Below are positions 25,034 through 38,789 of a DNA stretch of 51,735 nucleotides, in pieces. Source of the stretch: Octopus bimaculoides (taxonomy: Eukaryota). Below the pieces are notes generated by a model. It was not told the origin of the DNA. It did no database searches and saw only the letters and a list, made by a program, of their open reading frames with translations. Every line of letters starts with the position of its first letter. Within the stretch, counting starts at the first letter, position 1. The stretch lies in NCBI RefSeq assembly GCF_001194135.2, contig NC_068994.1:1780199-1831933 (forward strand), given 5' to 3'. A program made the translations under genes and the position numbers.

Positions 25034-25631
25034 ATCAAAACTTGTCCACCACATGCCAGAATGGAAAGTAGAAGGTAGAATGAAGATGTTGATGATGGTG
25101 ATGATGTACATAAATGAGTGCACATGTGGGAGAGTGTGTGCATGTGTGTACTCAGGTGAGCATCTGCACTTCTATGTCTGTATGAGCCAGGCAAGAGTAT
25201 TCTGGGGAAGAGGTTTTATGGGGCCAGATGTCTTTTCTGATGCCAGCTCTTCCCTGTTTTTCCCAAATCTAAGAAACAACAAATTACCTGGGACACAGCT
25301 TTATGGAGATCAAGAAACAAATAATACTGCTTGAATGAGTCTTTTCTTCATACATATACACAAACACACACACACACATGCACATACATACATGCATATA
25401 CACACACACATATATATATACATACATACGTATATATATATATGTATATACATACATATTTATATATAAAAATATTCAAATGTATATGTATGCGTATGTA
25501 TGAATGTATATACATACATACATACATACATACATACATACATAAACATGAATTTCTGAACACACATACCCACTTGTATCTTTGTGAGTGTATGTATGTG
25601 TGTGCACATGTGTATTAGTTTATGTACACAG

Positions 25632-25693
<62 letters not shown>

Positions 25694-26648
25694 GTATTAG
25701 TTGTGTCTGCTGTATATAAAAATCTATGCTACTATCTCATTCCTCACACTTTCTTTCCCACCCCTCCTACTCTCACTCATAGCTTCTCACTCCCACCTAC
25801 ACTCACTCACATTTTCTCACTCCTACCCTCTTTGTCTCTCATACTCTCACCCTCCCTATCATTCTGTTTAGTAAATCAAAACAAACTAATCTGTATGCAG
25901 AGTATGACGTCTGTTTGAACACATGCATTTGTGTGTGTGAGGCGGGTATACATACATACATACATTACATATATACATACACACATACACACACATATGC
26001 ACACATACATACATACATAGACACATACACACACATGCACACATATATACATTTATACATATACATTCATATATATGTATGTGTGTGTATATATACACAT
26101 ACACATACACACATGTATATATATAGATATATTAATGTATGTATTTTACATTATATATACACATATATGCATATATATTTGTGTATGTGTGTATACACAT
26201 ATGCATATATACATACAAACATATATATATATAAATATTCATGTATACATAAAGATGTCTGTATGTGTGTATACACATTTCCATAAGTATATGAGAACCT
26301 ATCTATCTATCTATGTTTCTAAGTATACACACACACACNNNNNNNNNNNNNNNNNNNNNNNNNNNNNNNNNNNNNNNNNNNNNNNNNNNNNNNNNNNNNN
26401 NNNNNNNNNNNNNNNNNNNNNNNNNNNNNNNNNNNNNNNNNNNNNNNNNNNNNNNNNNNNNNNNNNNNNNNNNNNNNNNNNNNNNNNNNNNNNNNNNNNN
26501 NNNNNNNNNNNNNNNNNNNNNNNNNNNNNNNNNNNNNNNNNNNNNNNNNNNNNNNNNNNNNNNNNNNNNNNNNNNNNNNNNNNNNNNNNNNNNNNNNNNN
26601 NNNNNNNNNNNNNNNNNNNNNNNNNNNNNNNNNNNNNNNNNNNNNNNN

Positions 26649-26680
<32 letters not shown>

Positions 26681-26878
26681 TTATCTAAAAGTATATAACA
26701 ACACACACAATCTGCACATATCTGTATGTATGTTTGTGTAAGTTCACGTGTGTATAATGTATATATTATCTGTTGTGATTAATGAGGACCTGTTTAACGC
26801 ATGCACCCACAATATTCTACACGCACAATACAGTACATATACACATGCACACAACACTACATATAGATGCCACATTGT

Positions 26879-26911
<33 letters not shown>

Positions 26912-27727
26912 TATATATATACACATACATATACTTGCACACATTACTGTTCAGCCACCTAATTCTTGTGCACATTTCTACAGGACCAATCACAGCTTCC
27001 CTCTATATCTGATATCAGTAGTGACAAGGGAGTGTTCTTTTATTTAAGTGGACTTCACTGAGAGAGTACTGGTGACTTTTCACTGAGACTTACGTGTATT
27101 AAACGATATATACCACAGATGATAAATACATACACGCACATGGTTACATGTACTGTGTGCATATATATATATATGTATATATATATAGTTATGGTTATCA
27201 ACTAAGTTTTCATAAGTCAGATGAACCTACACTTGTGTGTAATAGAGTTGCTATGTTATTGATACAGTAATATATATATTTAGTCTTATAACAGCCAATT
27301 CATGTTCTTGAATGGGTTCATGTTAAAGCACCTTCTAACTGAGGAAAGATAAATTGTTAATAGTCATCAGTAACGCTGACATGAATTTGCTGTCATGTAT
27401 GAGTGAATGACAGGTTTCTACAGTTTCTCTCAAAGAAGTACGATAGTATTTGCCTGTAGATTCTTGTCCACTGCTTTTATTTTTGATGTCAGAAATACAA
27501 TTAAAAGAATATTTTCCTAGAATGGTAATTGTATAAGTGAATTTAATGATTAGTTCATTTGTGAGCAAATTAAATTGAATCATTAAAAGGTGTCTTAGTG
27601 AATGAAATATAGTCATAAGTGCTTAATTACTGGTTTCTAATTTGAAATTATTAGTAACAGGGGTTGACAGATTAAGTATAAATGTAAAAATATATAAATT
27701 AAGTCCAGATTCTTTATATGGGAAAAA

Positions 27728-27878
27728 GGTGGTGAGCTGGCAGAATCATTGGCATGCCAGGCGAAATGCTTAGCAGTATCTTGTCTGTCTTTACGTTCTA
27801 AGGTTGACTTTGCCTTTCATCCTTTTGGGGTCAATAAATTAAATACCAGTTGGCTCCCTCCCCAAAAATTTAGGGCCA
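27728..27878 (+). mobile_element. SINE family A with internal deletions
   Basis: ggtggtgagctggcagaatcattggc...gttgactttgcctttcatccttttggggtcaataaattaaataccagtt. Confidence 0.85.
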
Positions 27879-27879
27879 T

Positions 27880-28503
27880 TTGAAGCAATTTCCACTCTTC
27901 AAAACAGTGCTGGAACTCTTGTGATGTGATGCCTTTTAATGCCTTCATCATTTTTTACTTCACTTCTTCCATGTTTGCAGATTCCATAAACACCAGCTTT
28001 CATCATCAGTTATAACCTTCGAAGAAAGGTCCAGATCAACCTCCAATTGTTCTTTCAGTTCATTACACACATTCAATTGTGACTGCTTATAATCTTCCTT
28101 GAGAAAGTGAGGCATAGATTTTGCTGCAACTCTTTTCATTTGCACTTCCTTGCTCAAAATTCGTTGGCAGGAGCATGAAAACCCCTTGTAAACTTCTGTT
28201 TTGCTCATTGCTGCGTCCTTGTAAGCTGTTTGAAGCATGACATCTGTTTTGGCTGCCATTTTCCCCAGCAGAAAACAGAATTTCATGGAAGCACTTCATA
28301 GAAGTTCCTTTGTTTCTGCCATCACAAAAATTGGTGAACAGGGGAGAAGCACTGCAAAACAAAGATGCAGTACGATCTCACTGGATGACGCTGGTCATCA
28401 GACTGATGCCTGAAGGTTGCATCAAGTGGCTTCTAATGATGGAAGCCTGAACTACAATAGGTTTGTCCAACAGAGAACATTTCCAGTTACTTTTTGGTAC
28501 TCC

Positions 28504-28507
<4 letters not shown>
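27880..28507 (-). mobile_element. Mariner (DD34D-type) transposon remnant with internal deletions
   Basis: ORF 27960-28286: KFCFLLGK.AA.T..MLQTAYKDAAMSKT...MKRVAAK..PHFL...KVITDDESWC. A C-terminal remnant follows. A terminus TA-TGAGGGAGTACCAAAAAGTAACTGGAA lies at 28509-28481. The DD34D spacing itself is deleted, so the family call rests on the flanking motifs. Confidence 0.85.
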
Positions 28508-28540
<33 letters not shown>

Positions 28541-28595
28541 TTACACACATACACACACACATACATATGTATATATATGTATAAACATGTACTTA

Positions 28596-28668
<73 letters not shown>

Positions 28669-28727
28669 TGAATATATGCATATACATGTATATATATTAT
28701 ATGGTTCTTCTGCCCATATATTATGAC

Positions 28728-28785
<58 letters not shown>

Positions 28786-29009
28786 ATAAATATTTCTATA
28801 TGCTTGTGTGTATGTATGTATGTATATATGGGTGTGCAACTCTGGTAAGTTAGTAGATGTATGTAAAATCAATGAAGATGATTTTTTTAAATATTGAAAA
28901 ATAAAACATGATGTATGATTCTTTATAGTTTAGGAGGAAGGAAAAAAAGACATTGATGGGAAGAAAAACAACAACATCAATAACAATATTAATGACATTA
29001 ATAATTCTT

Positions 29010-29165
29010 TTTACTTTAGGCCCAAAGTCTGAAACTTTGGGGTTGAGGCTAATTAATCACATTGATCCCCAGTAGTCAGCTGGTACTTCATTTTATTGAC
29101 CTTGAATAGCTGGAAGGAAAAGTCAACCTCTGCAAATTTTGAACTCAGGATATAAAGCTAGAAGA
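29010..29165 (-). mobile_element. SINE family A, diverged
   Basis: Reverse complement: gagttcaaaatttgcagaggttgacttttccttcc...gaagtaccagctgactactggggatcaatgtg. Confidence 0.75.
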
Positions 29166-30189
29166 AATCTCATTAAACATTTTGTTTGGCTATTAATAAC
29201 AACAACAACAACAGCATCAACAACAACAAGTCTTCCTTTTTTATTCAATACATAAAACAAAAAAACTGTAGAAAAGGATTTGAAAGTCATGTGGAGATGT
29301 TCATTCATATAACAAATGGAGGTGAGTCCAAAAGCAGTAAAATATATTGAAACATGTTTAATATTCCATAAAAATACATCTAGTGAAGGATAACCTTCTG
29401 ACCCAGGGGTGAGAAATGACCACGTAGGTAGGGTCAAGACAACTCATTACTCTGACCTTTGTCAATTCTGATCTCCTCTAAAATATTTGGTGGTCTAAAA
29501 TTGTTGTTGAATATCTTCAGTCTTAATTGAACTGTGTAATGTTTAACGTGTTTTTATAAATGATTCCTGAATGGCCAATAGACCAATGATGTCCTCTTAA
29601 ATGACTGTCTATCTCCTAACAGCATTTGGTATAATGTCCTTCAGCATCCACCTCTCACACCTAATTCCCTGGAATACTTAAACATTATAGATATCTGCAT
29701 CTCTTCTAGCTCACAATGCTTGAAAAATTTGAGTTGCTGATGTTGTTGCTTTTGTTATCATTCAAGAATGTGTTTTCATCTTGAATGATAGTTTGTTTTT
29801 TTCTGGGATACTAATTATCTTTCTTACTACCTGTCTAATTGCCTTCCTCTTCATTCACATTTTGCATTGACTGCCCCCTTCAATGCTACCAAATTATCTC
29901 TCCCTCTCTTCTGAAACACTTCCTGTTGATTTGCCCATATTGCTATACACCTCTCACTCTCTAACCATGCACCATATCTTTTTCTCCACCCATTCTTGTA
30001 TGATGGTTTCCATGATGAACCCTATTAAAATGTAGGGTGAAAATTTCCCTTGTTTCAGGTATTGGGACAGCACTTAACAATGGCATCTCAATCATAAAAG
30101 CACAACATCATGTCTTCAACATTGTCTCATCTCACCCTGCTTCATTACAAACGGAACATTTTTGGAAAACAGAGACAATATTGGTGGTT

Positions 30190-30398
30190 ATTAAAGCAGC
30201 AACCTGACAGAATCATTAGAATGCCAAATGCTTTTTTGGAATTTCGTGTATCTTTATATTCTGGGTTCAAATTCTGCTGAAGTGAGCTTTGCCAATAAAA
30301 CAAACACCAGTTGAGAACTGGGGTCAGTGTAATCAACTCCCCCCACCACCACCACCACCACTCTCCCGAAATTGCTGGCCTTGTGCCAAACATCTGAA
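30190..30398 (+). mobile_element. SINE family A, diverged
   Basis: ctgacagaatcattag...gggttcaaattctgctgaagt...accagttgagaactggggtcagtgtaatc...gaaattgctggccttgtgcc. Confidence 0.75.
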
Positions 30399-31093
30399 AC
30401 CAATATCGGTGGTTATAGTAATTAGCATCGGAAATACTTATATTAGTTAGTATTGGTAATGGTTATACTAGTTAGCAGTTAGTATTGGTTATAATAGTTA
30501 CTATTGCTGATTATAGTAGTTCGTATTTATGTCTATATTAGGAGGCATTTATAGCTATAGTGTTTACCATTGCTGGCTAGCTTAATTATTTGAGCTAATT
30601 AGCATTCAAAATCTGATTACGTATGCATAAAAAAATGATATTTTATTAACTTTTTCAATAATTTCATTTGAAATCTATATTGTGCATACATAACAGAATG
30701 TAAAGTGTGTGTGTGTGTGTGGTGGGGCTGTTTGGGGTGGGGGGTTAACGATGTATATAAACCTACTGGTTGGCAAAATACTGCTGTAGTCACTGGTTCT
30801 GAGAAACAATTCTAAAAAAAAATCAATATATCAATGTGTCACATGATGTTATTACTCTGCTGCTGCTGCTGCCTCTGTTCATTCTGCTGCTGCTGCTGCT
30901 GCTGCTGTTGTTGTTGTTTAGCCCCAGGTCAACCTCTTATTCCGCAGACCTGTGATCAAAGGTGTTCTGACCCTAAATGTCTCATTATTTTAGGGGCTCA
31001 TAATATATACTATATCAAAATACTCTTTTTTTTTTCAGTCCTGCAAAAACTGATATGAGATATATGACTGATAGCAGTTTCAGCAATTAGAAT

Positions 31094-31124
<31 letters not shown>

Positions 31125-31128
31125 TACA

Positions 31129-31160
<32 letters not shown>

Positions 31161-31182
31161 CATATACATACATATATATATA

Positions 31183-31226
<44 letters not shown>

Positions 31227-31520
31227 TTTATATGTGGGTGTGTGTGTATGTCTGTTTGTATGTATATATATAAGTGTGTGTGTGTGTGNNNNNNNNNNNN
31301 NNNNNNNNNNNNNNNNNNNNNNNNNNNNNNNNNNNNNNNNNNNNNNNNNNNNNNNNNNNNNNNNNNNNNNNNNNNNNNNNNNNNNNNNNNNNNNNNNNNN
31401 NNNNNNNNNNNNNNNNNNNNNNNNNNNNNNNNNNNNNNNNNNNNNNNNNNNNNNNNNNNNNNNNNNNNNNNNNNNNNNNNNNNNNNNNNNNNNNNNNNNN
31501 NNNNNNNNNNNNNNNNNNNN

Positions 31521-31562
<42 letters not shown>

Positions 31563-32312
31563 CAGAAAAGACAGGCTCACAAAAGTAGGCATAAGGAATG
31601 TATTTACTTGGAAAGTTGCAAATACAGATAAATGATGTAATGAAATCTTGTCTTTGCAGCTGTTTCAGATGACTGCTGACTGGGTTCATATCCATGTATA
31701 TTATGGAATGAAGTGCAATAGTATTGTTGGTGTATGGACTAATGTTGATTTTGTTAGACCTGTAATGTGAAGACGCATGCATACATACTCATAATATGTA
31801 TAACACTGGGCCTCACAGATGCAAAGACTGAGTTGATTTGGCATTATGTCATGCTTGAGAAGAAGACCCATCGAGCCAAGTAAAACCAGTCATGACTGAT
31901 ACCAGTGTCACGCAGCCACTCATGCGCCTATATAGGGATAAATTATCCACGCAGGTACTGTAAGAGCTCTCACGTACATTCCTGGTTCTGGCTCACAGCA
32001 TCAAGTAGTAAGAAGCATCAGGGATCACTTAGGATTAGCAATCCCAATGTAATTCTTCTCATCCAGGTTTGCTTCACTGGATTATGAATATTTTCGGAAG
32101 CATAAACCCAAAACCATTACAAAGAATGTGGAGACTGGTTCAGCTTTAAATTTTTCTTTTTGTTTTACAGTTAATTATACAGCATGATTAGTTAGTTAAA
32201 ATGACCAACAAATGTTGTTTTGATGTAAAAATCTAGTACTTTTCTTCTATGCACAGGTTACATCTTTTTCTTCCTGTTATATAAAGTATAGCTGTGCTAA
32301 TTTTTACCCATT

Positions 32313-32591
32313 CTATACTAAAGGTAGCATTTTTATCCTTAACAAACTGACAAACTTGTTCAAGCTAGTTTTGTTCGTCTTAATTCTGTTCTTAAACGTA
32401 TTTAAATGATTTACCAGTCTCAATTTAAAGTTTGTCAAGGTCACACCTAAATAAAAGTAAGAATTCCTGTTTGATTTAATCTTACATTGGTATACTAAGT
32501 TCTTCCTCATACACTGTGTATGTAAGGGACTAATTATATTTTTACAAAGATTTCTTTCCTTATTACTACTACCTATGCCTTCGGTGCTCAT
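32313..32591 (-). mobile_element. Penelope-like element GIY-YIG endonuclease remnant
   Basis: SPLHTQCMRKNLVYQCKI.....YFYLGVT.TNFKLRLVNHLNTFKN......TSLNKFV fits the PLE pattern CPL...C....VxY...YxG.T...FK.R..NH...F.......T.LSK. Confidence 0.75.
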
Positions 32592-35500
32592 ACAAAATAT
32601 CCTCCTTGTTTGTGTAACTATTGGTCTATTATTGCTTACATTCCGGCTACTGTCTTGGGTTCCAGGCTATTATTTCTAGTGATTCCTATACCTGGTCTGA
32701 TCTCTATAAAGGTTGTTGCAATTGCCTCCCATGCACTGCTTCCCACAGCTCATTCCCACATTCCAGGTGCTAGCTTCCTCCACAATTGTATCTAACTCTT
32801 GACATTTTCAGCAAGTGACAATCACCCAAATGACACTGAAGCGCTGCCATGATTTCAGCAGACCATTTTTTCTCTCTTTTGCCTCCTTCGATGCTATATT
32901 ACAACAAGTAATGGTTGACTGCTTTTTTTCTGCCCCCCACCCACTCTTCATTATAGCAAATGTAGACACTCTTGGAGACTGTGATACACAAACCAATATC
33001 TTTGGTTGCTTTATTTAAAGTCATTTAAACAGGATGGTCACATCTGAGAAGAGTGTGACATCATGAAGATAATCTATGCTTCTTGTTGTTGTCGTTGTTG
33101 TGGCTGGGAGATGGGGTGGGGGTAGATTGTTTCTTTTCTCTTTGACTGAAGCTGAATTCTTTTGTTACTTAAAACAAGAATTGTGAAAATGATAAAAAAA
33201 AACAAAAAAAGAATGATTCAAGCACATCGTTTTGCAAATTGCTGTCATCGATGTTGAAATTAGCTCCACTGTCGGGTAAGCCATTTTGGACATGTGCTCT
33301 CTATCCTCCACCACAACATCAACACATTGCTTTGATTCCTAATTATAGTATCAAGGATTAATGAGAAAATCCGAATGATCTTCAACAAAAGGTGAGCAAA
33401 AAAAGTCAAACACGAGCTTCTTTTTAACACAGTTCACACACAAATATATTTAATGAAATTAACACAGACACAGGTAAGTTTTGATGCTTTTATTAACAGA
33501 CATTTTCAAATATGTATGTATATGCATATACATTTTTATAGGATATATATAATATATATATATATATAAAATATATANNNNNNNNNNNNNNNNNNNNNNN
33601 NNNNNNNNNNNNNNNNNNNNNNNNNNNNNNNNNNNNNNNNNNNNNNNNNNNNNNNNNNNNNNNNNNNNNNNNNNNNNNNNNNNNNNNNNNNNNNNNNNNN
33701 NNNNNNNNNNNNNNNNNNNNNNNNNNNNNNNNNNNNNNNNNNNNNNNNNNNNNNNNNNNNNNNNNNNNNNNNNNNNNNNNNNNNNNNNNNNNNNNNNNNN
33801 NNNNNNNNNNNNNNNNNNNNNNNNNNNNNNNNNNNNNNNNNNNNNNNNNNNNNNNNNNNNNNNNNNNNNNNNNNNNNNNNNNNNNNNNNNNNNNNNNNNN
33901 NNNNNNNNNNNNNNNNNNNNNNNNNNNNNNNNNNNNNNNNNNNNNNNNNNNNNNNNNNNNNNNNNNNNNNATATATATATATATATATATATATAGACAT
34001 GCTTTTGACGGTCATGCTTATTTTTGATTTAAATTTCGTCTGTTTTGTATGTTTGGCATGCATGACTGGTATATCAGATTGTTGTCATCCCAGAAGCCTG
34101 GAATTATCTGCCCTTTACTTCCACAAACAGTTAATTCATGAAGAAAGCCAACAGTTTGCAGTGGGGTGGGGGCGGGGAGTTAAGATGTTTTTTTATTACA
34201 TTCTTATATAATAATATATAACCAAGCAAGGGGAGACAATCTCTACCACATTGATGTTGAGATAACTGGAAAGACAAATAGAGGTTATTGTATAGACTTT
34301 GATATTAAAATTAAACAGTTGAACAAATAACGAATAAACGAATTTAATTCATTGATAGTGAAACAGTTATGGAAACAGTGCTAACATATATACATACATA
34401 TACATATATATATATGTCTATATATAGTCATAATTATCATTTACAGATATTTATATATATATATTACATATATATTCATACAAAGATATCACTCTGATTC
34501 ACACACACTCTCTCTTTCTTTATCTGTCTCTTTCTCTTGCCCTATGCATATATATATATACATATATATATATACACATATATATNNNNNNNNNNNNNNN
34601 NNNNNNNNNNNNNNNNNNNNNNNNNNNNNNNNNNNNNNNNNNNNNNNNNNNNNNNNNNNNNNNNNNNNNNNNNNNNNNNNNNNNNNNNNNNNNNNNNNNN
34701 NNNNNNNNNNNNNNNNNNNNNNNNNNNNNNNNNNNNNNNNNNNNNNNNNNNNNNNNNNNNNNNNNNNNNNNNNNNNNNNNNNNNNNNNNNNNNNNNNNNN
34801 NNNNNNNNNNNNNNNNNNNNNNNNNNNNNNNNNNNNNNNNNNNNNNNNNNNNNNNNNNNNNNNNNNNNNNNNNNNNNNNNNNNNNNNNNNNNNNNNNNNN
34901 NNNNNNNNNNNNNNNNNNNNNNNNNNNNNNNNNNNATCTATTGTTTTCATAATCGGTCATAATGTCTTGCGTTTAAGATGATTCCCATGCTTTCCCTGAT
35001 GAGAAGGTTACAATTTTAATATCAAAGATCCCTATGGATCACACAGGTTGTAATCCTTTGAAACATATGTAGGAATAAAGTATGCAATTATAGCATGCGT
35101 TTTCTCCAATCCTTAAATTCTTAAATATACTCAAATACCCAAAATTTCAAGGAGTTCCTGCCTTAAAAACAGGAACTAAACCACAGTTATTTTGTGTTCT
35201 TTGCTACATTGGTTTCTATTAACCCATTTATTCTATCAGAAGAATTTTTATTCATTAAGATAGAAGAAATACACATAATTGTATATATATATGTATATAA
35301 TATATATATATTATGTATATATATATAATATATAGGTTTGTATATATATATATTTATATATGTACATAAACATAAAACCAGTGTTTGTACATTGGTATAC
35401 TGTATCCCTGCATGCTGTGAGAGGCAACTAAATTGGTTGGCATCATCAGAATGGAATCTGCTTGTAAAATAATACACATGCACACATACATGTGTGTGTG

Positions 35501-35604
35501 TGTGCATATATATATATATAAACACACACATACATATATATTTATGTGTATATATATGTATATAGATACATACATATATATATATATATATATANNNNNN
35601 NNNN

Positions 35605-35648
<44 letters not shown>

Positions 35649-36110
35649 CACATCAATATATATGTATATTAATGTAGATACACCTACACACAAACACACA
35701 TATACTTATTGTATAAAAAAGTTGACAGTTTGTCTGAGTTTTGCCCTAATCTGGGCTGTTTCTGGGTGCTGCAAATATACATACATGTCTGTGTGTGTGT
35801 AATGGTGGGTTGAATGTGTTAGTGTGTGTATGCAAGTGTAAATGAGCATGTGTGTGTATTTTCATTTACATGCACATGTGTTGCTTACATATACCTGCAT
35901 CTAAATCTTAATTTATTAATATTTAGAATGTGTCCTGTGTTGCAGTGTGTGTCGAGTAGAAGAGATTGCTTTGGTTCAGTTGATACCTGAAATATTAAAG
36001 AGGATATACACACACATATATATATATATATATAATACATATATATATATATATATGTACATATAAATACGTACATGCACACACATATACACATATACAT
36101 GCATGCATAC

Positions 36111-36174
<64 letters not shown>

Positions 36175-36650
36175 GTGTATCGGTGGTGACTCCAGCACTT
36201 GGGCTGTTCGGGCTTAGCCTTAGTATAAATTTTGTGAAGTGAACGTGTATGTGTATTTGGAAGCTGATTTAATCTCTGCCAAAACTGACTTCAAGTATAT
36301 AACTGTAGCCAATAACTTGGGCTCCTTTTATTGAGCCTGGTCGCAGTTCATTTATTTTCATTCAGCCTCTGGCGGTCATCTTAGAGGTGCCCTGTATCAA
36401 AAAATATTCATAGCAGACGTTCCCTCAACATCATTCACCTGTGCCTGACTCAGGATCAGAATTTACAGCCCAAGTTGTTACCTATAATTGTAAAAATTAT
36501 AAGTAATTCAAATTCAGTTTTTTCCTAAAACAATAAATTTCTTTTGAGATTAGGATTTAAATTGCAATCTATGAAAAGTTTTCTTTCTACAATATTCTTA
36601 AAGGAATTAAAAATTATCCAGCAACTCGAGTTAATACAAATGAGCCTGGC

Positions 36651-36720
36651 AGGTGTAGAAGACTAACTGGCATCTCTTGTCAAGAGGTGTAGAAGACTAA
36701 CTGGCATCTCTTGTCAAGAG
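36651..36720. repeat. Perfect 34-bp tandem duplication
   Basis: aggtgtagaagactaactggcatctcttgtcaag x2. Confidence 0.95.
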
Positions 36721-37038
36721 TACAGGTGACAGTCAGATAGGTGATGTTTGGTGTGCACCCTACTGTCGTTATTTGATTGCTGTTCTTCCGTGCATCTGTG
36801 TTTAAAGATCTGTTGTGTTTTACCCTTAACTTAGAAATGGAGAAAGACATATTAAAACTATATTTATGTCTCATTGTTAAATTATCACGGCACATGTAAG
36901 TCTGCAGTGTGTGTCATGTCTCTTACCGCCTTTTATACACGTGTCTTATGCGAAGTCTGTGAGCCCAAGTGATGCTGATGACCTGGAGTCGCTTCTGATA
37001 TGTGTATACATATACACACACATATATATATGTATGTA

Positions 37039-37096
<58 letters not shown>

Positions 37097-37474
37097 TAAA
37101 GAGAACATATATACATCAATAGGATTACAAGTTTACATGAAATGGCACAAGTGCAAAATAGTCAAAGAAATCTTTTGGGTAATCTAAAACTAATGTGGGA
37201 TAATGAAAATCGGGTTAACATAACAGTCAGACTGGACTGACAGTAAGAATGTATGGAATAACATAAAACCAGCATAGGGTAACAGTAAAATAGTATGGGG
37301 TAACATAAACATTATTTGGGTTAACATAAGGGTAGGCTAAAATGCAGTAGGACGTAAGGGAAGAGATTCTACTTCAACACAGAAATGGCAACATTAAATG
37401 AATAAAATGAAGAGATTTGAAATATTTCATGAATATTTACCTCTGTCATAACTGGGTCTCTTTTCTTCTGGCAT

Positions 37475-37558
37475 ACCTGTGTTGGCCTACATTGACCTGT
37501 GTTGGCCTACATTGACCTGTGTTGGCCTACATTGACCTGTGTTGGCCTACATTGACCT
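37475..37558. repeat. 20-bp minisatellite, 4 perfect units plus a partial unit
   Basis: (acctgtgttggcctacattg)x4 acct. Confidence 0.95.
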
Positions 37559-38120
37559 CTGTCACAACTAGATATCTTTGCTTGCAGGGCACATGTTGTG
37601 TTTCAAACTGCAGGTAAAAATCTTCCTTACATTCCACAAATGGCATGTTTCTATTATTCATCTCAGAAGAGTACCTCACTGGGGTACCAGGAATACTGCT
37701 GCTCTGACACGGTAACGGTTGATCAATTCTGTTANNNNNNNNNNNNNNNNNNNNNNNNNNNNNNNNNNNNNNNNNNNNNNNNNNNNNNNNNNNNNNNNNN
37801 NNNNNNNNNNNNNNNNNNNNNNNNNNNNNNNNNNNNNNNNNNNNNNNNNNNNNNNNNNNNNNNNNNNNNNNNNNNNNNNNNNNNNNNNNNNNNNNNNNNN
37901 NNNNNNNNNNNNNNNNNNNNNNNNNNNNNNNNNNNNNNNNNNNNNNNNNNNNNNNNNNNNNNNNNATAACGGTACATCCAGTGTTCTGTTCTTCTCTAAG
38001 TGGACAGCCGGCATCTGTGCTGATGTCTTGTTAGTGACCCTTAACGACAAAGACACAGTAGTTGTGGCTGACAACACTGGGCTACCAGAATCCTTGACCA
38101 TAGTGGAAAAAAGAAATCTC
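37477..38120 (-). pseudogene. 5'-truncated protocadherin fragment: end of the last EC domain, (gap, expected TM), cytoplasmic start
   Basis: 38101-37966 reads MVKDSGSPVLSATTTVSLSLRVTNKTSAQMPAVHLEKNRTLDVPL, a cadherin-terminal DxGxP motif plus juxtamembrane linker. 37734-37607 is 127/128 identical to Pcdh-B 46158-46031. There is an in-frame TAA at 38125-38123 and no cadherin sequence upstream. Functional status is unknown. Confidence 0.8.
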
Positions 38121-38789
38121 CTTTAAATGTACAGACAGGGGAGAGGAAAGTTGTTCAAAAAACCTCTTCTGATCAGCACACAGCTTCCAAGTTTTAGTGA
38201 CATATTTATTTAAAGCATTAGTGTTGTTGTTAAGAGATGGAAGTGAGGCACAAAAGCATGAGGTGGGGAGGTGGGGACTGGGAGTTCATAATACTGTTTC
38301 ATTGAGCAAAGAAGGGTATGATGTGTCTGTCCATGTTGATGGTGAAATTGGTGAGATGTACCAAGATTTGAACCCTGGAACTCAACATTATTGCTTAGTG
38401 AGAAGTCAGCTGCAATGTTCCCTAAATAAAGGTGTAGGGAACACATTTGAGAATATAAGATTTGTAGAGTTGGATCAGATGGGTTCAGCTGTGAGGTCAT
38501 CTCTGGAAAAAGGTAAAAAAAGAAACAGATTAGACTGATAATGTGTGTGTGTGTGTCGATATATGTGTATGTATGTGGATGCTTTAAATGGCACCAACAA
38601 TGGAAAGACATTGAGTATTTCCTCTTCTAAATATGATTATCTTGTTGCACATAGGAAGTTAGGCTCAAGGTGTATAACAAAACCCATAATATTCTACAGA
38701 TGGAACATACTATCTACAAGTATCTGATAACACGTTTTGGAATATAGGAGTTAGAGAAAATAATGCTTTCTAATTTTTGAGAGAAAGCC

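Noticed and set aside
31608-31759. Candidate 152-nt downstream Pcdh exon (acattacag|GTCTAAC...CCAA|gtaaat)
   Set aside because: Splice signals are weak, a phase-0 join from Pcdh-B gives an immediate stop, and the open frame resembles nothing I recognise.
36363-36376. CTCF-like CCGCCAGAGGCTG (minus strand), by analogy with vertebrate Pcdh promoter elements
   Set aside because: The core is one G short, it is a single instance, and it is not found at equivalent positions near the Pcdh starts.
37475-37558. Regular 20-bp repeats (also 43811-43944 and 36651-36720) as a CRISPR-like array
   Set aside because: No unique spacers, eukaryotic context, and no cas genes.
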